From Acidobacteriota bacterium (GTDB lineage Bacteria > Acidobacteriota > UBA6911): a stretch of DNA of 64,000 bases. Numbering within the stretch: position 1 is the first letter of the stretch; every line of letters starts with the position of its first letter. Location of the stretch: contig OY761556.1 in assembly GCA_963664705.1 (NCBI GenBank), positions 4,992,001 to 5,056,000 of the forward strand. The letters are read 5' to 3'. Both the position numbers and the translations under genes were made by a program. This document shows positions 26,347 through 36,353 of the stretch, in pieces. The notes under the pieces were generated by a model. The model saw only the letters and a program-made list of their open reading frames with translations, did no database searches and was not told the DNA's origin.

Positions 26347-27231
26347 TTAATACGCAGGTTCGCCTTGTATTGACTGGACTAGTTTGAGGGTGTTCGACAC
26401 CTGCTCCCTAGTCCCCCTGAAAACAATCCATACTCCGCCTTCCGCACCGCTGACCCCTCCTGCACTCGACTGAAAGGCCGTTGCCCCGGTCAATATCTTG
26501 ATGGCCTCCAGCTCCGTCACGATTTCTCCCGTGACGAGCCACATGGAGGGAATTGTTGAACCGGGAAACGGCGACGACCCGCTGCCTGAGGGAAGGTCCA
26601 GTGATTCCACCGGCTCACGCATCTTCAATGTGGTATCCACGAGGTCCCCCGCAACCAGCTTCTCAAGTCCCACAGGGATGACGAGGTGCACCTTACGCGC
26701 GATAATGTATGGCATGGTGATTCCGGTTGTGCCCCCGGAAGTATCAAGGATATTGATTGCCGCCATTTTGTTCCTGTAGTCCAGGGCGTTCGCCCCCTTC
26801 ATGACGACATCCCCTGCTGTCAGCCGCTTCACCGCATCGGCAAGCGGTATATCGACAACCTTGCCCTTCTCTAGAATCAGGTGGTTCATCGGTTTCGCCT
26901 GAGATAGTCTTTTGGTTGCCTTCTCGGGCTCGATCCTTCCTGTCACAAACGCTGCATGATCGATTTTTTGTCCGGTGATCTCCTCTGCCACGTAAGCATT
27001 GGTTGTTCCTTTGATGACGATAACCATGCCGTGTGTGAGGGCGTTCTTGACAATAGGCATCTGGGCTACCGCTTTGGCTATCAGTCTCTTCGATTCTGCG
27101 ACGGTCAGGATCGCTCCGCTCTGGACAATCTTCGCCTGTTCCTCCGCCATTAGCACTCCAACAAAAATGCCCAGAAAGAGCAGAACCGCTATAAGCGCAA
27201 AATGTCTTTTCCCTGCCTTTGGATTGACCAT
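26347..27231 (-). CDS. Conserved hypothetical exported protein
   Basis: 294 aa; signal/TM segment; LTVAESKRLIAKA, KGTTNAYVAEEI, KGANALD, IPVGLEK, AGGVSGAEG motifs; function unknown. Confidence 0.8.
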   Translation of the reverse strand: MVNPKAGKRHFALIAVLLFLGIFVGVLMAEEQAKIVQSGAILTVAESKRLIAKAVAQMPIVKNALTHGMVIVIKGTTNAYVAEEITGQKIDHAAFVTGRIEPEKATKRLSQAKPMNHLILEKGKVVDIPLADAVKRLTAGDVVMKGANALDYRNKMAAINILDTSGGTTGITMPYIIARKVHLVIPVGLEKLVAGDLVDTTLKMREPVESLDLPSGSGSSPFPGSTIPSMWLVTGEIVTELEAIKILTGATAFQSSAGGVSGAEGGVWIVFRGTREQVSNTLKLVQSIQGEPAY

Positions 27232-27563
27232 GATTTTTTCCCAGTTATTTGACTGCTGCCTAACCAGACTTATCCCATTCTTACGGGATCTCGTTCAGCG
27301 TTCAACCTTCGATATTGCCGAGCGCATTTCAGTGCAGTTTGGCGGAAGTTGCGCTTTATTACAATGCCATCAGGATTTAGATTTGCAGGAAGGAACGATA
27401 ACGGCCGCAGGGGAGAAGGCATCATTGCGGCGAGAACCAGTATGACCGGGAACAACTGACATTATTGGCGCTATCTCCCGCAATGCATCACGGGAGTTGC
27501 CCATAATCGATATCACAATGCAGCAGCAACACACAGTGAATACGTCGGTGTCTTCCCCAATTG

Positions 27564-28559
27564 TTACCACCACCCATGTGCTTGTTCGTGCTGAGGTTTC
27601 GCAAGCAACCAACCAAGCACGATTCCGCCCAGCAAATACGGCAGTGCCACAGCTAGGAACTCCCACACTGGTAGTTGTAAGAACGTCTTTGCGTAAGACA
27701 GCCCTCGCCCCTGGAGAAATGGAATGCCCATCAAGGGAATTGGAAATAGGATCGCGCCGGTCAACGCAATCGGTAAACGATAACGAATGACGCGACGAAC
27801 GGCCAGGAGAGCGGGCAAGTAGAGGATCGAAGACACTGCCGCGAAGAACAAGATCGAGAATGCGGCCCAACTCAATGCAGAAAACAGATTCGTGCTTTCA
27901 CCCCGCAGTAGCACGATCAAAATGTCAGCCCCAGCAAAGACTGTGCAGCCTGTCAGAATCTGGATGCACCTAACACGAAATATCGGTTGCGTTTCAACCG
28001 GTGGGTTCCAAATGACCGCAGCGGCAAGCGCGCTTCCCAAACCGACGCACGCGGTCAAGAAGCTCAGCACCAAGGGGTACCCATACCAAGGCAAGTGCGT
28101 CGTATCATTCCTGATGATCGCCCAGCCGAAAAAAGTGAGGACCATGATGAGTCCAATACTCATACAGTTGAAAAACGCCTGCGTGTAGCTCAGGTTGAGC
28201 CTCATGAACAGCAAGACTGCGACACTCGTCACAGCGGTCGCCAAGAAGGCGATCATCGGTGCTGGTCCAATTCTCGTTGACAAGTCAATGGTGATTGCCA
28301 ATGCACCACCAGCAGAGCCAAGCAGGAGCACCGAAAGCAATCTTCGCATAGACAACCTCCTGATCAAGCAGTATCCCACCAGACATACAACTGCAAAGTA
28401 ACCACGGCACAGCGCCACCAAGCGCCTGCCATGATGAGAGCCCGCCTCAAACACTTCATACTGCAGGTCAGCTACTGTCGGTTCAACTAAGGCTTGGATT
28501 GTGAACGGGTCGAGATTTCGCCTGGCAACTCGGTAGAGCCAATTCCCGGGCAACGTCAT
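27564..28559 (-). CDS. Multi-pass membrane protein coupled to PadR
   Basis: N-terminal PG.WL.R.A..VEPTVADLQYE prefix; about 8 TM segments; ATGA overlap with padR. Confidence 0.75.
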   Translation of the reverse strand: MTLPGNWLYRVARRNLDPFTIQALVEPTVADLQYEVFEAGSHHGRRLVALCRGYFAVVCLVGYCLIRRLSMRRLLSVLLLGSAGGALAITIDLSTRIGPAPMIAFLATAVTSVAVLLFMRLNLSYTQAFFNCMSIGLIMVLTFFGWAIIRNDTTHLPWYGYPLVLSFLTACVGLGSALAAAVIWNPPVETQPIFRVRCIQILTGCTVFAGADILIVLLRGESTNLFSALSWAAFSILFFAAVSSILYLPALLAVRRVIRYRLPIALTGAILFPIPLMGIPFLQGRGLSYAKTFLQLPVWEFLAVALPYLLGGIVLGWLLAKPQHEQAHGWW

Positions 28560-28864
28560 GATCCCACCTCCCACGCCAGTTCTTTCACAAGAACCGTCCA
28601 TGCCTTCAGCACCCGCATGCCCAAAGCAGTCGGTCGATAAATTCGACGTGGCAGTCCTATGGCCCCGGGCGGCCGGAGTTCCTGTTCTGATTCGATGAAG
28701 CCCTTCTGCTCCAGCCGTCCCAAGGTAACGTAAACGGTGCCACGTTTCAGTTGCCCGCCGGATGCCTCAACGAGCTGAAGGCCGAACATCGAACCCGAGG
28801 ACACCAATAATTGGAGGATCAGCCGTTCTTTGGCCGGCAGTGTTGGAGCAGATTTGGATTTCAT
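28556..28864 (-). CDS. PadR family transcriptional regulator
   Basis: MFGLQLVE, LKRGTVYVTLGRLEQKGFI, PRRIYRPTALG. Confidence 0.92.
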   Translation of the reverse strand: MKSKSAPTLPAKERLILQLLVSSGSMFGLQLVEASGGQLKRGTVYVTLGRLEQKGFIESEQELRPPGAIGLPRRIYRPTALGMRVLKAWTVLVKELAWEVGS

Positions 28865-28871
28865 GAGAAAT

Positions 28872-28899
28872 ATCTTACTATATGTAAGATCGATGTCAA
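28872..28899 (-). promoter_or_regulatory. padR promoter with perfect palindromic operator
   Basis: TTGACA, 16 nt, TAAGAT; ATCTTAC-TATAT-GTAAGAT at 28872-28890. Confidence 0.75.
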
Positions 28900-29350
28900 C
28901 TGGCCATTGATGATTATGTCCTGCAAAATGCTACAGGGCGAAATGATTGAACTCTCGATGCCGATTTCTATTAAGTACGCACAAATAGTCTTCCGTGACA
29001 GGATAGGATCTTGCCGGGAAGGAGTACACCGGTGGCGGGCACGCTTCTCAGAATCCGACTTCCAAGAGGTCGATCGGATTATCGAGCCTATGCTTTTATA
29101 ACATTGTGCTAATTTGCTGGATACTGATGGCGAAGAGTTGCTGAGCTGCCTTCGGTTGCAGGCTCTAGGTAACTAACAGGATCGCGTATCAGCGCGGCGC
29201 TGTCAACAGCTGACACAGAACCAACGAGAGTTTTGGCAAGATTCTTTTTGTCAGTCACCGAAATACAAATAGGAAACACTGTTTGATTTTGTAATGGCAG
29301 AATATAATCCGATCCGCGGCAAGAATTAAGTTGTTTTTCAGGGGATTGTC

Positions 29351-29950
29351 ATGAGCGAAATCGAGGAGCAGATTCAGGAAGCAGTCGAAAACGGGAAAGA
29401 ATCCAGGTTTAACGCCTTTATTGCTCTTTTCGTGGCCGTTATGGCTACATTCATGGCGTTGTGCAATGTTAAGGACGGCAACGTGGTGCAAGCAATGCAG
29501 CAAGCACAGGCCAAGTCTATCGATCAATGGTCCTATTATCAGGCTAAGGGCACGAAAGAGCACATAGCCGAGAACACAGCCGAGCTCTTACAGGCTCAGC
29601 TTGATATAGCCAACGGTTTAAAAACCCAGCAGATGGAAATGCTTGAATCGAAGATATACAAGCAGAAAGCACTTGTAAAAAAATATGAAGAGGAAAAAAA
29701 CCAGATCAGGAAGGAAGCTGAACAGGCATCCAGAGACTATGACGCACTCAATGTCCACGATGATCAATTTGATCTTGCTGAAGCTTGCCTCAGCACGGCC
29801 ATAGCTTTGGCGGGGATCACAGTTCTAACCAAAAAGCGCTGGCTCTTTGCCCTGGCGGGAGGCTTAGGAGCATTGGGTTTTCTTTTTGGCCTTGCAGGGT
29901 TTCTTCATTGGCAATTGCATTCGGATTTGATGTCTAAATTGCTGGGTTGA
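29351..29950 (+). CDS. DUF4337-family membrane protein
   Basis: IALFVAVMATFMA, DQWSYYQAK..KEH, HDDQFDLAE..AIALAGITVLT. Confidence 0.85.
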   Translation: MSEIEEQIQEAVENGKESRFNAFIALFVAVMATFMALCNVKDGNVVQAMQQAQAKSIDQWSYYQAKGTKEHIAENTAELLQAQLDIANGLKTQQMEMLESKIYKQKALVKKYEEEKNQIRKEAEQASRDYDALNVHDDQFDLAEACLSTAIALAGITVLTKKRWLFALAGGLGALGFLFGLAGFLHWQLHSDLMSKLLG

Positions 29951-30326
29951 AGCATTCGCCGACAGATCCGCAGGTAAGAAAATTTACTAATCCATGAAGA
30001 GTTCCTCCGGATTAATGGGAGTTATTGCTATTTCACGGGCCTGATACCAATTGGCGCAATTTACCACAATGGGACTTCGCAGGATCATCCCCAAATGGCA
30101 CTTTCCCGGCTAGCGTAATTAGTCTATCTGGATCAAATCCTTATTCCTCGAAAAACTAATCTTTTGGTGTAAGAAACTTCTGTCTGGGAGGACTATCTTT
30201 TGTGTTTTGAAATAAGGACAGGTCGCGCAGTTGCTGGTGACGGCGCTATCGATTAAATGAGTACGTAGGAAAATGGAATAGCCGATTGGTGGATTGCTCA
30301 TCGCCGTCACTTCATTTGGGGGAGCC

Positions 30327-30851
30327 TTGAAACCCGGTGATAAGGAAAGACGCACCAAATATGAAGACATTCTGCAGCGTTATCAGTCTGCGTTGCTACG
30401 ATTGGCATGGTCCTATGCGCGCGATTCGGCTGAAGACCTATTCCAGGAGATTGCGATGGCCTTGTGGACGGCGCTGCCTCAATTCCGAGGGGATAGTTCT
30501 GAACGAACCTGGGCCTACCGGGTGGCGCATAATACGGCAATAAGCTTCATGTCGAGTTATAGGCGGCACGAAATTCGCGAGCAAACGTGCGGAGACTTGC
30601 CGGACTTTGTCGCCCATGCAAATCCTGAAGTCCTTGCAATTGACCGCGAGCGGCGGGATCGCCTTTGGACGTCCATTCAGCAATTGCCCCTCAATGAACG
30701 GCAACTCATGACCTTGTATCTGGAAGGCTTTACCGCTTCCGAAATCGAGGCAATCACTGGGATTAGCGCGGGAGCGGTGGCAACGCGATTGACGCGTCTG
30801 CGAAAAAAGCTGACTGCGCAAGTTTGCGGAGAGAAGGAGGAACTGCAGTGA
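30327..30851 (+). CDS. ECF RNA polymerase sigma factor
   Basis: AEDLFQEI, FRGDSSERTWAYRVAHN, LYLEG..EI..ITG..VATRLTR; TTG start with GGGAG RBS. Confidence 0.92.
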   Translation: MKPGDKERRTKYEDILQRYQSALLRLAWSYARDSAEDLFQEIAMALWTALPQFRGDSSERTWAYRVAHNTAISFMSSYRRHEIREQTCGDLPDFVAHANPEVLAIDRERRDRLWTSIQQLPLNERQLMTLYLEGFTASEIEAITGISAGAVATRLTRLRKKLTAQVCGEKEELQ

Positions 30852-31447
30852 GTGATCTTCGCGATAGAGAACATGAAGACAAATTAAGACGTTATTGGCA
30901 GGAGAACACCATAAATGTTCGGGGTATACGCAATGACCAGGCGCTGGCGCTTGAACTTGCGTCGAGAGTGACTCAGTTCGACCGAAAAATTTTCTGGAGG
31001 AATTTTCGTGAATACGCTGCTGGTCTGGTGCTTTTGATCGGGGCAGGCTACATGGCCTTCAGAGGCAACAAGCCTGCGCTTGGGATGGTTCTCGGCGTCA
31101 CCTTCGTTATGGCGTACTTATACTGGCAGCACCGAAAAGTGAAGCAGCTTGATCCGTCGACGAATATCCTGGTTTATGAAAAGGCGCTGGTGGAACGCTT
31201 CGATAGTCAGATTTGCCTTCTGAGCCGTGTAAGATATTGGTACCTATTACCTTTGTATATTCCGTGCATATGGATGACTATGGAGTCACACTTTAAATTG
31301 GGCGCAATAATTTCCTTAGTAATCGTCACCATAGCATTTGTGTTCATCGGATGGCTGAACGAAAAATTAGCCGTCGCATATTTGAAAGAGGCCCGCTCAA
31401 GGGTTCAGGCAATGATCGAAGAGCAGGAAAGCGCTGGAAATACATAG
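30848..31447 (+). CDS. Putative membrane anti-sigma partner
   Basis: GTGA overlap with the sigma gene; L..YWQ, RNFREY, WYLLP, four TM segments. Confidence 0.75.
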   Translation: MSDLRDREHEDKLRRYWQENTINVRGIRNDQALALELASRVTQFDRKIFWRNFREYAAGLVLLIGAGYMAFRGNKPALGMVLGVTFVMAYLYWQHRKVKQLDPSTNILVYEKALVERFDSQICLLSRVRYWYLLPLYIPCIWMTMESHFKLGAIISLVIVTIAFVFIGWLNEKLAVAYLKEARSRVQAMIEEQESAGNT

Positions 31448-31712
31448 TGGACAGAACTGCCGCTTATCAACTTAAAAGTCCTGATTCAATGACATATGGT
31501 GAATTGTCGGGCATGGTCCCAAGAAACGGGAAGCGTCATATCGGCGGCAAAAACCTGATTTGAGGCCGGGCTTAACGATTTGGCGCAATTGACTCGAATC
31601 CGACTTTTGGGGACCTTGAAGTATAATTAGCAAATATTCCAGCCGATTGTGTGATCTGGATACAGCCTCAAATGCAGTTGATTCAGTAAAGTCATTGTTG
31701 AACCGGAGACAA

Positions 31713-32171
31713 ATGAAACCCGCATTAAGAGTAATTGCATCTTTCATTGTGGGATTGGCTATAGGCTGGGCGTATTTCTCGTTGATACATCCCGCAATAG
31801 GGGGGATGGAAGGCGGCAAAGCTGCTTTAGAAAGAGGAGATGCTATTGGACTATTCTTCATGGGAAGCCCTATCATTTGTTTTCTAGTCATTATAGCTAC
31901 CACATTGATGCGCCCTCAATCCGTAATAGAGATATTTCGCCTCGCGTTCATCAGCGCTTTGTTTTGCCTTCTGCCGATTCCATTTATAAATTACTTCGCT
32001 GAAGCACCTAGTCAATATAAAAGGCCGCTATTCTCATTTTTCATCATGGGAAATGGAATCATAGGAATGGTCTATTTTACTTTTGCGGCATTCATGATTG
32101 CAGGCATAAGCTGTCTCGTCATCTCTCTTTGTATTAACCCCCTTTTTAGGAAATTTCTGCATCGATCCTGA
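31713..32171 (+). CDS. Hypothetical membrane protein
   Basis: GGAG RBS; four hydrophobic segments; AT-rich. Confidence 0.65.
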   Translation: MKPALRVIASFIVGLAIGWAYFSLIHPAIGGMEGGKAALERGDAIGLFFMGSPIICFLVIIATTLMRPQSVIEIFRLAFISALFCLLPIPFINYFAEAPSQYKRPLFSFFIMGNGIIGMVYFTFAAFMIAGISCLVISLCINPLFRKFLHRS

Positions 32172-32324
32172 TATTGCAGGACTGAGAGACCGTGCCACAT
32201 TCAAATCGACCGAAAGGCACTGTGAGATAGGGTTATAGGCTTAGAATGCAGTACTGAAGGCGGTAATTACCATTTTGGCGTTATCTCCCACAATGGGACA
32301 TAACCGGCCAATCTCTGCCCGTTT

Positions 32325-33461
32325 TTAGGCTCTGCGGAGTTTGCCCGCCTCTATGATTATTTTGGTAAGGCGATTGGAGAGCCGGTTGAGGCATTTGCGT
32401 TCAGCACTAATCGGCAGCCCTCGCCGAAACATCTCCATTGCACGTTGAGTTGCGTGCAATGAATCGATTACCCCATCTAAACCAGTTCGAATCGGATCCG
32501 ACGTTCTCGGCTGAGGGACTAAATGTCGAGGTTTTGAATGAGCCAGTTGAAACTCTCTCTGAAGATCCTTCAAGGCCACTTCGATATAGAGCATTGTCAT
32601 ATTCGGAGAAGTGTGGCCGAGTAATTTCATCAGCACAGGAAAACTGACGCCGGAGCGAAGCATCTCCGTGGCATAGGTATGGCGAAACTGGTGTGGAACG
32701 ATGCGAGTGGAGATTTCGAGAGAATAACAAACTTCATGCAGATAATCGCGAAGGCCACGAACGAGCGCGTACTTGGTGCTGGGCCGCGCCAGAAGTCGAC
32801 CATCAGGAGGACACGGATCTAGGAAACGAAAGAATCGCAAGCGTTGGATAATCGCGACTATCGACGAATCCACCGGGACCATCCGTTCCGTTTTGAGTTT
32901 GCCAAGTGGTACGTGAATGGCCCACTGGCGGAGACCAGTCGAGCGGAGGCAATCGACGGGCAAATCGGCGCACTCGCCAATACGCATGCCGGTATGGCGG
33001 AGGAGCAGAAAGACATTCGATCCTAGATCGTTGCGCTTGACGAACTCCTTCTGCAGAAGCTGATCCTGTTCGGCGGTGAGCGGACGTGCAAGTCTATGCG
33101 GGCGGCGCGGAATATCTTCACGACGAATCAGGTGGGCAACTTGAGGAAGCTGTTTGGTCCACGCCAGTTCTATGAACAGAGGGCGCAAAGCAATGAGCTT
33201 ACCAATATAGGTAGATGTGGCGAGCGGAGGCGTCTGGGCGCGCAAGTGGGACATCCAGCCGAGGAGGTGTGGCTCCCGCCGCAGTTGATCTAGGGCGTTT
33301 ACCTCCGGGTAGTTGGTGCCGAGATAACTAAGGAAGTTACGTACGGTCCCGCGATATTGGACATGGCTTGCAGAGCCGAGTGCAGTGCAGAGCGAATCGA
33401 CCGCGCGATCAAAGAGATCCACCAGTGGATGTGAGAGGGGAGGACGCCAGGAGCGTTTCAT
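32325..33461 (-). CDS. Tyrosine recombinase/integrase
   Basis: TGMRIGE, GKLK, PHQFRHTYAT, LLGH, MTMLY catalytic residues. Confidence 0.95.
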   Translation of the reverse strand: MKRSWRPPLSHPLVDLFDRAVDSLCTALGSASHVQYRGTVRNFLSYLGTNYPEVNALDQLRREPHLLGWMSHLRAQTPPLATSTYIGKLIALRPLFIELAWTKQLPQVAHLIRREDIPRRPHRLARPLTAEQDQLLQKEFVKRNDLGSNVFLLLRHTGMRIGECADLPVDCLRSTGLRQWAIHVPLGKLKTERMVPVDSSIVAIIQRLRFFRFLDPCPPDGRLLARPSTKYALVRGLRDYLHEVCYSLEISTRIVPHQFRHTYATEMLRSGVSFPVLMKLLGHTSPNMTMLYIEVALKDLQREFQLAHSKPRHLVPQPRTSDPIRTGLDGVIDSLHATQRAMEMFRRGLPISAERKCLNRLSNRLTKIIIEAGKLRRA

Positions 33462-34504
33462 GAAGGAAGCCTCGGAAGGGGGCGGACTTGCAGCGCTACT
33501 GCGCGCGTATACTGCTGGTAAACGTCTTGTGGTGTGATCTGCACATAATGCAGGGTCGTCTGGATATCGGAATGCCCCATCAACTGCATAAGTGCCGGCA
33601 GGCTGATTCCGGCGCGTATCATATCGGAAGCGAATGTGTGCCGGAAGCGATGTGGGTGAGCAAGCGGAATGCCAGTGTGCTTGCGATGGTAACGGAACAA
33701 TGACCGCAGTCCGGCCAGAGTCATACGGAACCCGCGGGCCGGTCCCTTGAGCGAGACGAAAAGCGCAGCGGTGGCAACCTGGGGTCGTTCCCTCCGCCGA
33801 TAGTGGTCGAGGAGTTGCACTGTCTCCGGCGCCAGTGGCAGTAAGCGTATTTTGTTACCCTTGCCGCGTACGCGCAGCTGCGCTTCGGAGAGCAACAAGT
33901 CGTCCTCATTCAGCCCCAACACTTCGGCCGAGCGAAGCCCTTGAAGAAGCATTACTCCTACGAGAGCCAAATCGCGAGCCGTACGGAAACTGGACCAAAA
34001 ACGCGCCACCTCGTCCACCGAAAGCGGAACAAGTTGGCGTTTGGGCACTTTCACTCGCAGCCGGCTTATGGCTAGGCGCCGACGGCCTAGGCCCAGCGGT
34101 CCACGCCGCAAATAAACATGTTGGAAGCCCTGTGCCATGGACGATGGGGAGTCGGGGAACTGGTTGCGAAGAGCACGATCGGCAACGCCAACACGGTGAT
34201 TGATTGTGTAACTGGAAATCGGGGGTTGGTGGTTACACTGGAACTTCAGATAATCCTGGAGAGTCGATTCGGTCAGGTCGGCTGTGCAAACCTCAGCGGT
34301 GTGATGAAGACTCTCCCACCAGCGAACAAAATGTAGCAGGTAGTAAGCCCATGCTCGCAGAGTAGTATCCGCCAACCGACGGACATACTCGTGATCAAGG
34401 TAGCGATTGATCCAGCCAACCTCCTGACCGGTTTCTTGCTCGACCACACGAACCGGGCTTTGTGCTGTGTTGCGAATCTGCGGGCGAATCACACAAAATT
34501 TCAT
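33458..34504 (-). CDS. Tyrosine recombinase/integrase
   Basis: GLRSAE, GKGNK, PHRFRHTFA, LMGH, TTLHY; ATGA overlap with the downstream recombinase. Confidence 0.95.
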   Translation of the reverse strand: MKFCVIRPQIRNTAQSPVRVVEQETGQEVGWINRYLDHEYVRRLADTTLRAWAYYLLHFVRWWESLHHTAEVCTADLTESTLQDYLKFQCNHQPPISSYTINHRVGVADRALRNQFPDSPSSMAQGFQHVYLRRGPLGLGRRRLAISRLRVKVPKRQLVPLSVDEVARFWSSFRTARDLALVGVMLLQGLRSAEVLGLNEDDLLLSEAQLRVRGKGNKIRLLPLAPETVQLLDHYRRRERPQVATAALFVSLKGPARGFRMTLAGLRSLFRYHRKHTGIPLAHPHRFRHTFASDMIRAGISLPALMQLMGHSDIQTTLHYVQITPQDVYQQYTRAVALQVRPLPRLPS

Positions 34505-34541
34505 AGCTGAGCCAAGCTCCAGAAAAGAATGTGTATCAGAG

Positions 34542-34859
34542 TCAGGCAGCAGGAAGTTCAAGTACCTGGTAGACTCCATCTTTGAATGCGATCAGATCTC
34601 GCGTCAGGAGTTCATCACGGGCGCCGGTAAGTTCGTGGCGGTGATGAATCTCGAGGAGTTCCGCCATACGTTCGTCGGAATAAAAACTCACACCATCCCG
34701 ATTAGCAACAGCGACCAAGATTAAGTAGAGAAGCTTTTCCAATCGGGTTAGTCCCTGATCGAAACCCTGCCGAAAAAAACGATGGTCAATCCAACTGAAA
34801 GAACCGCGGATGGTGCGGATTCGATCCGGCTGTAGTGGTTGAGGTCGTTTGTTCATCAT
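34542..34859 (-). CDS. Small wHTH-like mobile-element protein
   Basis: SFSWIDHR..LLYLILVAVANRDGVSFYSD motif, of a type seen beside IS21/recombinase elements. Confidence 0.7.
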   Translation of the reverse strand: MMNKRPQPLQPDRIRTIRGSFSWIDHRFFRQGFDQGLTRLEKLLYLILVAVANRDGVSFYSDERMAELLEIHHRHELTGARDELLTRDLIAFKDGVYQVLELPAA

Positions 34860-34938
34860 GCTTTCCCCATTTTGTACATGCCGAAATTAACGAAGCTATA
34901 TGGAATGAATCAATATGTCGGGACTAAATCTAAAAAGC

Positions 34939-35441
34939 TCATGGGCGGCTGGGGCAACGATCCGACCAACGTCTCTCTCGTTCCAGAACTCGTTCGAGAG
35001 CGCGGCGACATGCATAGGAACAGAAGCGTTGCAGGGGCGACCGCCGGCTGCGGTGGAATTCTTGGTATCAACCAGGGCGATCGCAGGAACACGAAAATAA
35101 ATTTCTTATAATGACCCTCGCGTCGCCGGCCGGGCCCTTGTTTTGTTGCGTGCGCTCCTTTTGCCGCACTCTGTATCTGTGGCTTTGACGCGGCGAACCT
35201 GCTTTCCACCATCAGTTTTGCGGTACTTTTGCCGGGCTTTCCACTCTCTCCATTTTCCCGCCTCATTGCGGCAATGCTCGCTACAATAGCGTGCTCGGGG
35301 GTGTTCCGGCCGGAATATGCGACCGCAGCCTTTCAGCAAACACGCACGGGCGCGCGGCCATCTGGCTTTTCGCTTGGTATGGGGTCTTGTTCCTTTTGCT
35401 TGATTTTGAAGGAGAATTATCGGATGTTCACGAGGGCCCAT
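34939..35441 (-). pseudogene. Disrupted double zinc-finger accessory gene
   Basis: CLLKGC..YCSEHC, then a frameshift near 35190 into RQSHRYR..CSCDRPG-stop-YQEF..RFCSYACRRALERV; in-frame TGA at 35068-35070. Confidence 0.65.
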
Positions 35442-35850
35442 GGGAGTTGCCTCTCCCAGAAGCTCAAGCCTCGAGGGGGACCCATTCCCCTTCGGGGCGC
35501 ACTGAGCACAATTGGATGCAATATCCTTAACCCTGCTCTTAGATTAGGATCGGAATTAAAACTGGCGGGATTACTCGTAAATCAAATTCAATTTTCCGAG
35601 CAGTCATAGTCCTTTGGGGTTGTAATTGCGGAGCACCCGAAAAAAGGCGGAGAAGAATAAGGGAAAAGCTATTTATCTCACTTCATAATTTGAAGATTCA
35701 CGGAAATTCTTTATAGACCATTTTTGATTATTGGCCGGTTATTTTGGACTTTTGGGGACTAATGGAAAATCGAGGAGAAACGTAATAGCATCCTATCAGC
35801 TACAGGATTGCATCAATTGTTGGGAGAACAGAGAATAATTACCAGAGCCT

Positions 35851-36255
35851 ATGCGAAAGTTGCTAAAGAATCCGGCACTTTGGGTATTTCTGATTACAAT
35901 CGTGCTTCTTTCAATACACCCACTCGCGGAATGCTTCGATTGCGAAGGCCCTAATCCTTGGGGCCGCAACGATCTCTTTTACTATCGCGCAATTTACGTT
36001 TTCGATGCTTGGTTCCTAATCACTTCGATTGCATCAGGCTTCTGTTCGATCCGAAAATATTGGATTGTGCCATTCTCTCTAACCTTCGCTTATCTGGTGA
36101 CGCAACCTTTAGGCGGCGTGCCAATGTGGTCTCTCCGGGCCAATGAGGGTCCAGTAATTGTGATAGCGGGAGTATTGGTGGGAGTAGCGAGTTTGCTGGC
36201 TGGAGTTGTAATTCGAGTTGTATTCAACCTATTCCGGCCTCTTGCTCATCCTTAG
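35851..36255 (+). CDS. Hypothetical membrane protein
   Basis: 134 aa with four hydrophobic segments. Confidence 0.65.
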   Translation: MRKLLKNPALWVFLITIVLLSIHPLAECFDCEGPNPWGRNDLFYYRAIYVFDAWFLITSIASGFCSIRKYWIVPFSLTFAYLVTQPLGGVPMWSLRANEGPVIVIAGVLVGVASLLAGVVIRVVFNLFRPLAHP

Positions 36256-36291
36256 TCAGAGTAGTATGCAACCTGTTAGCAAAATTTTTCC

Positions 36292-36353
36292 GCCGCAATG
36301 CGTATGACGGCCATCCTGGAAAGTTAAACCGGCGTAGAACTATGCGTTGCGGC
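36292..36353. other. Long stem-loop between convergent genes
   Basis: GCCGCAATGCGTA / TATGCGTTGCGGC, 13 bp including G-U pairs. Confidence 0.45.

Larger units (their letters stand above)
32300..35742. mobile_element. Two-tyrosine-recombinase element (RIT/BIM-like)
   Basis: Perfect 13-bp inverted repeats ATAACCGGCCAAT (32300-32312) and ATTGGCCGGTTAT (35730-35742) enclose two recombinases and two accessory genes. Confidence 0.75.

Noticed and set aside
27520-27531. CCCC codon run on the minus strand upstream of the 26347-27231 gene, a possible fifth Cys leader
   Set aside because: No ATG with RBS, Rrf2 box, hairpin motif or sulfur-related target; it lies in a shadow ORF and is probably a chance GCA repeat.
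29170-29215. AACTAAC-initiated sequence resembling an integron attC start
   Set aside because: No matching GTTRRRY end with proper dyad spacing and no integron integrase in the window.
35068-35070. In-frame TGA at an expected Cys position (CDRPG-stop-Y), possible selenocysteine
   Set aside because: The same gene has a frameshift near 35190 and the Cys would be a structural zinc ligand; simple pseudogene decay is more likely.
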